A stretch of DNA of 24,000 nucleotides from Methanomicrobiales archaeon (GTDB lineage Archaea; Halobacteriota; Methanomicrobia; Methanomicrobiales; JACTUA01). The position numbers were made by a program, and so were the translations under genes. The stretch is taken from assembly GCA_035506435.1 (NCBI GenBank), contig DATJPK010000026.1:1-24000 (forward strand). The letters are read 5' to 3'. The first letter of the stretch is position 1, and the number at the start of each line of letters is the position of its first letter. Positions 15,010 through 21,543 of the stretch are shown piece by piece. The notes beneath the pieces were generated by a model. It saw nothing but the letters and a program-made list of their open reading frames with translations. It searched no databases and had not been told where the DNA came from.

Positions 15010-15612
15010 TCACCGCAGGGCGTTCACCGGGTCGATGCCACCGGGGCCTTCCCTCTTGATGGAGAGGGCCGGGCCGACGACGGGCTTGACCTCGAGGGTG
15101 AACGTGTCCCGGGAGACGATGGCGCTCGTTGACGAGGTAAGGTGAACGGAGATGTCCATCTGCTCGCCGGTCTCCAGGTAATAGTTCGTGTTCCCGTTCG
15201 TGATCCTGATGATGGACCACTGGCCTGCAGCCGGGCCGCTGTTGAAGAGCGGGCTCGCCTGGGAGAGCTCTACCCGGGTACTCTGGTTCGAATACACCAT
15301 CGCGATCTTCGTCATGTCAATGGGTTCGCCGCCAGGGGCGAGGCCCATCGTGAAGTTCACGAAGTTGATCTCCGGACACGGGCATGCACCCGCCGTGACC
15401 CGGCCGAGGCCGATGACGTCCCCCAGTACCTCGAAACTCGAGGAGGCCTGCTGGACGCCCGTGATCACGGTCTGCTGGCTCTTCTGGGTGGTGAAGAACC
15501 CTGCCCCGAGGACCACGTAGGAGAAGACAGCGGCCACGACCACGAAGGCGATGAGAACAATCGCCGCCTCGAGGCCCGTGAACGCATCTTCACGACTCAG
15601 TAGACGTTTCAT
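15010..15612 (-). CDS. arlB: Archaellin ArlB (FlaB), promoter-proximal copy
   Basis: 200 aa. MKRLLSREDA/FTGLEAAIVLIAFVVVAAVFSYVVLGAGFFTTQKSQ. Sequons NFT, NQS. AGGTG SD (15619-15623) 6 nt upstream of the ATG. Confidence 0.95.
   Translation of the reverse strand: MKRLLSREDAFTGLEAAIVLIAFVVVAAVFSYVVLGAGFFTTQKSQQTVITGVQQASSSFEVLGDVIGLGRVTAGACPCPEINFVNFTMGLAPGGEPIDMTKIAMVYSNQSTRVELSQASPLFNSGPAAGQWSIIRITNGNTNYYLETGEQMDISVHLTSSTSAIVSRDTFTLEVKPVVGPALSIKREGPGGIDPVNALR
15442..15589 (-). repeat. Conserved 5' segment shared by the two archaellin genes (copy 1)
   Basis: See 14831-14978. Confidence 0.8.
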
Positions 15613-15618
15613 AGACTA

Positions 15619-15700
15619 CACCTGTCAGTATCCCGAATCTCTCCAGGTATACTCACTGTTAAATCTGCTTCTCTGTATAAAATCCTTTCTCTATAAACCG
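15619..15700 (-). promoter_or_regulatory. Archaellin promoter region with SD and tandem TATA-like elements
   Basis: Minus strand reads GGTTTATAGAGAAAGGATTTTATACAGAGAAGC. It holds two TTTATA(C)AGAGAA(A)G copies (15685-15697 and 15668-15681), plus GTATAC at ~-38 and AGGTG at -6. Confidence 0.45.
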
Positions 15701-15713
15701 GGTGATAATCCAA

Positions 15714-16772
15714 TTATTCAGCTAAAGTTCTGGTATTTTTTATTCTGGATATGGCTTCGACCGCCGCATCATGCAGTTCGGAATCGGCTTCTATGAGTGC
15801 GTCGGTAAGCGGCTGGATGGCCCGGGGGTCGGCAATTTTCCCGAGGGCGGCCGCGGCCCGGACCCGGACGCCATCGTCCTCGTCCCCCAGGGCGGTGATG
15901 AGATCCTCGGTCGCCCGGGGGTCGCCGAGCCGGCCGAGCGACTTCACCGCCTCCCGGCGCACGAAACGGTTCTCGTCCGAGGTCGCCCGTGCAAGGGGCT
16001 CCACGCCCTCCGGGTCCCCGATGATCCGCAGCGCAATCGCCGCCCCCATCCGGATGTGCCAGTCGGCATCCCCGAGCGAAGTGATGAGCCGAGGAACAGC
16101 GAGCCCGCCGAGGGACCCGAGGGCCTGCGCCGCCGACTCCCGGATGGCACGGTTCTCGTCCCCCATGAGCCCGATGAGGGGCCCGACGGCCCGGGGGTCG
16201 CCGCTTTTCCCGAGGGACGAGATGGCCGCCCTGCGCACCCGGTTGTCCTGGATCGCGAGGGTCGAGAGGAGGGAGTCGAGGTCCTCGCCGGCGCCGGCCG
16301 CATGGGGCCCGGGCAGCGGGGCGGTCGCCCCGGCGTCCACCGCGGCATCATCCCGCCCGCCCGCATTCCGAGCCCTGAGGAACCCGGAGATGCGCCTCCA
16401 CTGCCCCATGGTGAAGAGGGAGATGGCGGCCACCACCCAGATATAGATCGCCATGTACACGAGGACCAGGGGATCGAAGGGGATCCCGTTCGCGAACCCG
16501 AAGAGGATCATCCCGATGGAGACGCCGACGAGGACGCAGATGAAGAGGAGCCCCCGCCTGGGGTACCAGATGGCGGCGAGCACGATGGGGATGCAGTAAA
16601 GGAGGGGAAAGAGGGGGAGTATCTCCCGTGAGAATGCCTCGACAGGGCTCGTGATGGCGTACGCATGGAGGAGGAGGGTGAGGATGGTGAATACCCCGAT
16701 GAGGAAGGGTCTCAGGATCCCGCTCTCCGGGGCCTCCCGCATCGAACCCTGGATGGACAGATCCCCCGGCAT
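15714..16772 (-). CDS. Membrane protein with 4 N-terminal TM helices and a C-terminal array of PBS-lyase-type HEAT repeats
   Basis: 352 aa. TM segments are FLIGVFTILTLLLHAYAI, LPLFPLLYCIPIVLAAIWY, LLFICVLVGVSIGMILFGF and LVLVYMAIYIWVVAAISLF. About 5.5 repeats of 31 aa, e.g. DENRAIRESAAQALGSLG, DENRFVRREAVKSLGRLGDPRA, DEDDGVRVRAAAALGKIADPRA. Confidence 0.85.
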   Translation of the reverse strand: MPGDLSIQGSMREAPESGILRPFLIGVFTILTLLLHAYAITSPVEAFSREILPLFPLLYCIPIVLAAIWYPRRGLLFICVLVGVSIGMILFGFANGIPFDPLVLVYMAIYIWVVAAISLFTMGQWRRISGFLRARNAGGRDDAAVDAGATAPLPGPHAAGAGEDLDSLLSTLAIQDNRVRRAAISSLGKSGDPRAVGPLIGLMGDENRAIRESAAQALGSLGGLAVPRLITSLGDADWHIRMGAAIALRIIGDPEGVEPLARATSDENRFVRREAVKSLGRLGDPRATEDLITALGDEDDGVRVRAAAALGKIADPRAIQPLTDALIEADSELHDAAVEAISRIKNTRTLAE

Positions 16773-16948
16773 AGGTTGAATAAAACATAATTCCTCTATT
16801 TATATTATACTATTCACAACAACTCTCTGGAGATTCCAGTTGAAAAAATACTTCCTGAAAAAAAGGTTGCTTGCGGTTCGCCCGCGCGCGACCCGGAATA
16901 ATCTTATTACCTCCTGCTTCATATATTCCTGAAAGAGCTGGACGGTCT
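16773..16948. promoter_or_regulatory. 176-bp AT-rich divergent promoter spacer
   Basis: Minus-strand ATAATATAAATAG (16797-16809) is ~31 nt upstream of ATG 16772. Plus-strand TCATATATTC (16919-16928) is ~25 nt upstream of ATG 16949. Three copies of TTCC-N0-3-TGAAA lie between them. Confidence 0.4.
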
Positions 16949-17638
16949 ATGGAAAAACGGGACGTTATGGTGGTCGTGATCGCCATCGCGGCCTTCGCGG
17001 TGCTTGCCATCGTTATCCATCCCTTCCTTGCCGGGCAGTCCATCGGCCTCGGCGGGCAGGGGCAGGACGGCATCTCCACCCCGTCCCGGACCATCCCGCA
17101 GACGACCCCGGGCCTCTCGGTGACCATTCCACCGGGGAAGCGGGTCCCGACCACGGTCCCCACGACCATCCCGGCCACGGTGGCCCCCGTCACCACCCAG
17201 CCCTGGGACGGGTCGGTGAAGAACGTGGGGATGCTCGACCAGCCGGCAGACCTCCCGCCCGCGTCACCGACGATCCCACCGGATAACGCGCCGAACCGGT
17301 CGCTGACCACGTACGCCCAGATCGGGCCGTTCACCGGGAGCGGCACCACCGATATCGTCCATATCCCGTATCCCTCGTGGGTCCTCGAGTACACCGCCGA
17401 ACCGACGACAACCTCGGGGGACGTGTTCCCGAAGATCGTCATCCAGGTCTTCGATGCCCAGAACCCGAACCGGCTCGTCATCCCGGTCATCGACCAGCAG
17501 ATCATCGGGGACCCGCCGACCGACCCCTGGTCGGTGAAGCTGTACGAGGGGAACCGGGACTACTACTTCAAGGTCGATACGCGGTTCATCAAGACCTATA
17601 CCCTGACCATCAGGATCCCGACCCAGTACCTGGGCTGA
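16949..17638 (+). CDS. Hypothetical exported protein: N-terminal TM anchor, Pro/Thr-rich linker, ~110-aa beta-rich C-terminal domain
   Basis: ORF track starts at TTG 16871 (shown as M in the track), but that extension is R/P-rich and crosses the promoter. ATG 16949 gives MEKRDVMVVVIAIAAFAVLAIVIHPFLAG..., 229 aa. Linker is TIPQTTPGLSVTIPPGKRVPTTVPTTIPATVAPVTT. Confidence 0.75.
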   Translation: MEKRDVMVVVIAIAAFAVLAIVIHPFLAGQSIGLGGQGQDGISTPSRTIPQTTPGLSVTIPPGKRVPTTVPTTIPATVAPVTTQPWDGSVKNVGMLDQPADLPPASPTIPPDNAPNRSLTTYAQIGPFTGSGTTDIVHIPYPSWVLEYTAEPTTTSGDVFPKIVIQVFDAQNPNRLVIPVIDQQIIGDPPTDPWSVKLYEGNRDYYFKVDTRFIKTYTLTIRIPTQYLG

Positions 17639-17673
17639 CCAGGGAAAAACGGGAAAAGGGGATTGGTTGTTCT
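17639..17673. terminator. Oligo-T rich spacer between convergent genes
   Basis: Minus strand after the aIF5A stop reads CCCCTTTTCCCGTTTTTCCC (T4 and T5 runs at 17654-17657 and 17645-17649). Plus strand reads TTGGTTGTTCTT. Confidence 0.35.
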
Positions 17674-18051
17674 TCAGTCGAGCTTACGCTTGCCCATGGA
17701 TTCTATATAGGTAATGTCTTTTCCGGTCTCGATCTTCGCGGCCTCCTCTTCAGAGACCGTGAGCTCGAACATCGTGAAGTCCTTCACGTCCATGAGCTGG
17801 ATGACCCGGCCCGCCTTCGAAATGACCTGGGCCCCCTTCCGCTCCACGATCGGCACGTAGATCTTCGCCGAGACGGGCTGCACGATGGAGCGCTTGACCC
17901 CGTCGAAGAGCCCGACGGCGTCGACGCGCGACTTGGCTGCCCCGTGCTTCCCCGGCTTCGACGTCGCGATCCCGAGGATCTTGCTCGGCTCCTCGTCGAT
18001 GACGACGTACCGGCCCTCCTTCAGCTTGCCGACCTCTGTCTGTTCCTTCAT
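17674..18051 (-). CDS. eif5a: Translation initiation/elongation factor 5A (aIF5A)
   Basis: 125 aa. Hypusination loop TSKPGKHGAAKSRV and an OB-fold C-terminal half. GAGGAC SD upstream. Confidence 0.97.
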   Translation of the reverse strand: MKEQTEVGKLKEGRYVVIDEEPSKILGIATSKPGKHGAAKSRVDAVGLFDGVKRSIVQPVSAKIYVPIVERKGAQVISKAGRVIQLMDVKDFTMFELTVSEEEAAKIETGKDITYIESMGKRKLD

Positions 18052-18118
18052 TCGGTTGTCCTCTTGTTGTGGTATTCATTTATCTGATGATATACCATAA
18101 ATACCACGCGGGATATCC
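18052..18118. promoter_or_regulatory. Divergent promoter spacer (aIF5A leftward, IMPase-NADK rightward)
   Basis: AT-rich ATTCATTTATCTGATGATATACCATAAATACC. TATA-like elements lie at suitable distance from both ATGs. No SD before ATG 18119. Confidence 0.35.
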
Positions 18119-18895
18119 ATGGAATTCCTGGCCTGCTGCGAGGAGATGGCCCGTGCCGTGGGGGATATCGTGGAGGACCTCGCGTCCCGGCCCGAGGGCG
18201 GGCGGGTCACGGGCACGGGGGCGAGCGGGAGCCCGACCCGGCGGGTCGACCAGGCGGCCGAGGACTGGATCGTCGGGTACCTCTCCTCCCATGCCCTCTG
18301 CCGGACCCTCGTCTCGGAGGAGTGCGGGAAGAAGGACATGGGGGGCGAGAAGGGGACCATCTTCCTCGACCCCGTGGACGGCACCCACAACGCCCTCGCG
18401 GGCATCCCCTTTTACGCCCTCTCCATCGCCTATGCAGAGGAGGGCGAGGTGAAGGAGGGCTTTGTCCGGGACCTCGCCCACCGGGAGACCTTCACGGCCC
18501 GGAAGGGGAAGGGCGCGTTTCTCGACGGGAGGCCGATCCGGGTTTCCAACAGGGCGCTCCTCGAGGAGAGCGCGATGTCGGTCTATGGCCGGAAGTTCAA
18601 CCCTGCCCCGGTCCTCTACCTCGGGCAGAAGATCCGGCGCTGGCGCCTGCTCGGGGCATCGGCACTCGAGCTCTCCTATGTCGCCGCGGGCAGGCTGGAC
18701 GGCTTCATCGACCTCCGGGCCACCCTCCGGGTGACCGATGCCGCGGCGGGCATGCTCGTCTGCGAGGAGGCGGGAGGGAAGGTCTCCGACCTCGAGGGGA
18801 GGCGGATCCGGTTCCCCGACGAGGTGACCGTGGGGAAATGCCTCGTGGCGAGTAACGGCACCCTCCATGGCAAGGTCATCGAGTACCTGAGGTGA
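18119..18895 (+). CDS. suhB: Inositol-monophosphatase family phosphatase (archaeal IMPase/FBPase type; possible NADP phosphatase)
   Basis: 258 aa. Metal-binding motifs VSEE, LDPVDGTHN, WRLLGASALELSYVAAGRLDGF and DAAAG. Confidence 0.9.
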   Translation: MEFLACCEEMARAVGDIVEDLASRPEGGRVTGTGASGSPTRRVDQAAEDWIVGYLSSHALCRTLVSEECGKKDMGGEKGTIFLDPVDGTHNALAGIPFYALSIAYAEEGEVKEGFVRDLAHRETFTARKGKGAFLDGRPIRVSNRALLEESAMSVYGRKFNPAPVLYLGQKIRRWRLLGASALELSYVAAGRLDGFIDLRATLRVTDAAAGMLVCEEAGGKVSDLEGRRIRFPDEVTVGKCLVASNGTLHGKVIEYLR

Positions 18896-18900
18896 GGAGC

Positions 18901-19713
18901 ATGAGGATCCTGCTCGTATCACGGGTGGACAATGAACAGGCGCTGAACTATGCAGCGGAGCTCGGGAAGACCCTCGTTGCAGCGGGCCACTCCGTTGCCT
19001 TCGAGAAGGCGACCGCCGGCCGCCTGGGCGTCCCGGGGACACCCCTCGGGCGTGCCGAGGCAGACCTCGCCGTCGTGGTCGGCGGGGACGGCTCGGTCCT
19101 CTACACCGTCCAGGGGATGAAGGCGCAGGTCCCGGTCCTCGGGATCAACTGGGGCGAGGTGGGGTTCCTCGCCGAGCTCGAGCCGGCCGACGCGGCCCGG
19201 TTCCTGGAGGGGCTCTCCGGGGCGTTCAGGGTCGAGAAGCGGATGAGGATCGGGATATCCCTCGACGGGGAGAGGCTCGGCGACGCGCTGAACGAGGTGG
19301 TGATCGTCACGAGCCGGCCGGCAAAGATGCTCCGGTTCACCGTGGAGATCGACGGGATCGTCGCCGAGCGGTTCAGGGCCGACGGGATGCTCGTCTCCAC
19401 CCCCACCGGGTCCACCGCCTACGCGATGAGCGCAGGGGGCCCCATCGTGGACCCGAGGGTGGAAGGCTTCCTCCTCGTTCCCCTCGCCCCGTACCTGCTC
19501 TCTTCCCGACCCCTCGTGATCGCGAGCGACCGGGCCCTCCGGATCACCCTCGAGAGCGAGAAGCCGGCGAAGCTCGTCATCGACGGCCAGACGAACCGGG
19601 AGCTCCAGATCGGGTCGGTCATCACCGTGAGAAGGTCGGAGCACCCGGCCCTCTTCGTCGATGTCGGGAAGTCCTTTTTTGACAAGGTTGAGAGCAAGCT
19701 CCGCAGGCCGTAG
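18901..19713 (+). CDS. nadK: NAD kinase
   Basis: VVVGGDGSVLY, NEVVI and DGMLVSTPTGSTAYAMSAGGPIVDP motifs. ORF track starts at GTG 18892 (GTGA overlap with the upstream stop). I prefer ATG 18901 because GAGGTGA (18889-18895) lies 5 nt upstream. Confidence 0.93.
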   Translation: MRILLVSRVDNEQALNYAAELGKTLVAAGHSVAFEKATAGRLGVPGTPLGRAEADLAVVVGGDGSVLYTVQGMKAQVPVLGINWGEVGFLAELEPADAARFLEGLSGAFRVEKRMRIGISLDGERLGDALNEVVIVTSRPAKMLRFTVEIDGIVAERFRADGMLVSTPTGSTAYAMSAGGPIVDPRVEGFLLVPLAPYLLSSRPLVIASDRALRITLESEKPAKLVIDGQTNRELQIGSVITVRRSEHPALFVDVGKSFFDKVESKLRRP

Positions 19714-19772
19714 GGATCCCAATAATCTCAACCCTTATCAGGGATGGGGTCGAGAGTGTTCCGCTGGAGAGG

Positions 19773-20489
19773 ATGGACATGGCCGAAATGAAGCTCCAGA
19801 TCCCGTACGCCGCGATATCCGAGAGCCTGAAGAAGACCCTCGCCCTCACGGGATCGCCCGTTGCCGTGAAGCTCGCGAAAGCGAAGGAGGACATCCCTGC
19901 CGGTATCCCGGAGGGAAAGGAGGTGCTCAGGCATTGCCAGATGGTGAACCTTGCGCGAAAGGAGGGGCAGGTGTTTTTCGCGCCTTCGGACAAGCACCAG
20001 TGCAACGGCGGGGCATGGGCCCTCGGGCTCCGGGAGATCACCCCGACCCTCCGGAGCGGCGAGTTCTACTTCAGGCTCGGGAAGTTCGAAAGCATGGCTG
20101 CCTGCCGGCGGACGATGGACAGGATTCCGCACCTCCGGACGGGCGAGACCTATGCCACCATCTATGCCCCGCTCGAGAAGACCCCCGTCGACCCCGACGT
20201 GGTGCTCATCATCACCACCCCGAGGAACATGCTGAAGCTCGCGCAGGCGAGCCTTTTCCGGCTCGGGGGGAGGATCACCGCGGCGATGGCCGGCATCCAG
20301 TCGGTCTGCTCCGACGCGACGGCCCAGACGTACCTCACCGGGGTTGCGAACTTCTCCCTCGGTTGTGACGGCTCGCGCCGGTTCTCTGGCATCGGGGACG
20401 ACGAGATGGTCATGGGGTTCCCTGCCGAGATCCTTCCCGAGATCAGCGAGGCGATCAGGGTCGTTACCGCGGCGCCGGGCTCGAAGTAA
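19773..20489 (+). CDS. DUF169-family protein
   Basis: 238 aa. ALTGSPVAVKL, HCQMV and QCNGGAWALGL are typical of DUF169 (COG2043) as I recall it. ATG 19779 has better SD spacing (GGAGAGG at 19766-19772), so the true start may be 6 nt downstream. Confidence 0.8.
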   Translation: MDMAEMKLQIPYAAISESLKKTLALTGSPVAVKLAKAKEDIPAGIPEGKEVLRHCQMVNLARKEGQVFFAPSDKHQCNGGAWALGLREITPTLRSGEFYFRLGKFESMAACRRTMDRIPHLRTGETYATIYAPLEKTPVDPDVVLIITTPRNMLKLAQASLFRLGGRITAAMAGIQSVCSDATAQTYLTGVANFSLGCDGSRRFSGIGDDEMVMGFPAEILPEISEAIRVVTAAPGSK

Positions 20490-20940
20490 CCCGGCGTTCC
20501 CTATCCTTTTTTACCTCTATTACCACGAGCCGGGCCGCCACAGGGAGAGCCGCCCTGACCGCCGGGTCCATCTCGCCGGAAAATCCCTGCATCTGTCCGC
20601 CCTCGATCCCGACGATCACCACCTCGGGGGCGACCCCGAGGGTGCGGGCGAGGGCGAGGGCCTCGGCAATGCCGAGCTCGTGGAGCGAGAGGCTCGGGAT
20701 CCCCCCAGGCGGCACCCCGCGGAACACCCTGACCTCGCCGGGCTCACCCATTCCTGACGTTGCATCGACGATCACAACCCGGTCGTACCCCTCCATGAGG
20801 GGGATGAGCCCGAGGCCCCCGTTTCCCCCGTCGACGGCGTCAATCTCCGGGTGTGTCTCCCTGACGAGGGCCATCACCGCGAGACCAGCCGCATCGTTCC
20901 CCATGAGCGGGTTCCCGCACGCGATGACCCGGACCTTCAT
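20464..20940 (-). CDS. Hydrogenase maturation endopeptidase (HycI/FrhD-like)
   Basis: Track ORF (20464-21324) has an implausible D/E/G/R/P-rich N-terminal extension. ATG 20940 gives 158 aa, MKVRVIACGNPLMGNDAAGLAV...VVIVDA...SLHELG, matching the GN.L..DD.G / D / H nickel-endopeptidase motifs. Confidence 0.85.
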   Translation of the reverse strand: MKVRVIACGNPLMGNDAAGLAVMALVRETHPEIDAVDGGNGGLGLIPLMEGYDRVVIVDATSGMGEPGEVRVFRGVPPGGIPSLSLHELGIAEALALARTLGVAPEVVIVGIEGGQMQGFSGEMDPAVRAALPVAARLVVIEVKKDRERRVTSSPAPR

Positions 20941-21051
20941 AGTGCCCTCGCCCCCTCTCCATCCCCGTGTATGAACCCGGCCGGTTCTTATACTCTTATC
21001 AGGGAGGGAGTTCAAATAACGATCACCAGGTGGTCGACCGTGCAGGTATCC
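20941..21051. promoter_or_regulatory. Divergent promoter spacer (protease leftward, ACT-hom operon rightward)
   Basis: A single AT-rich patch, TTCTTATACTCTTATC (20985-21000), could serve both directions. Confidence 0.3.
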
Positions 21052-21543
21052 ATGAAGCTCGAGATGAAGGACACCCCGGGGCAGCTCGTCCGGGTCCTCG
21101 AACCCATATCCGCGTGCGGCGGGAACATCATCGCCGTAATCCACCAGCGGGACCCCGAGTCTGAGTCGGACACCCTCGACGTCCAGATCGTGCTTGACCT
21201 CCCCGCGGGCAGGCTCCCCTCGCTCGTCGACCAGATCAAGAGCCTCGGGGTGGACATCCTCCGCATCGGCGAAGAAAGGCTCATCCACAGGCGGTCCCTC
21301 ATCATGATCGGCCACATCATGCACACCGACATCAGCGACACCGTCGACCAGATCGACCGCACGGGGTTTGCCGAGGTCGCGGAGCTCTCGCTCATGATGC
21401 CTGCCATCAGCGAGCGTTCCTCGGCGCGGATCACCATCAAGACCGCGAACCGGGCCGACATGGAGACCGCGGTCGGCATCCTGCGGGAGGTCGCCGCGAA
21501 GAAGGACATCCTCGTCGTCGAACCACTGGAGGACGGGGCATGA
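21052..21543 (+). CDS. ACT-domain protein (amino-acid-binding regulatory domain), coupled to homoserine dehydrogenase
   Basis: MKLEMKDTPGQLVRVLEPISACGGNIIAVIH... has ACT-like beta-alpha-beta-beta-alpha-beta periodicity, apparently two modules. GTG 21040 is an alternative start. The stop overlaps the hom ATG (ATGA 21540-21543). Confidence 0.82.
   Translation: MKLEMKDTPGQLVRVLEPISACGGNIIAVIHQRDPESESDTLDVQIVLDLPAGRLPSLVDQIKSLGVDILRIGEERLIHRRSLIMIGHIMHTDISDTVDQIDRTGFAEVAELSLMMPAISERSSARITIKTANRADMETAVGILREVAAKKDILVVEPLEDGA

Noticed and set aside
15285-15293. GGTTCGAAT, a tRNA T-arm/T-loop-like motif
   Set aside because: It lies inside the archaellin coding frame. There is no flanking acceptor, D or anticodon stem complementarity, so it is a chance match.
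16871-16948. Upstream start (16871, TTG read as M in the track) for the exported protein ORF
   Set aside because: The extension (MRFARARPGIILLPPASYIPERAGRS) runs through the TATA-like box at 16919-16928 and is R/P-rich. ATG 16949 gives a classical short n-region plus hydrophobic anchor.
18084-18090. CUGAUGA, a C-box-like sequence suggesting a C/D box sRNA
   Set aside because: There are no matching D, C' or D' boxes (CUGA/UGAUGA) at appropriate spacing and no terminal stem. The spacer is only 67 bp and is needed for two promoters.
20851-21324. Long N-terminal extensions of the track ORFs 20464-21324 (minus) and 20851-21543 (plus)
   Set aside because: The two extensions overlap each other and the AT-rich promoter patch. 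Their composition is non-protein-like. The internal starts (20940; 21052 or 21040) give full-length family-typical proteins.
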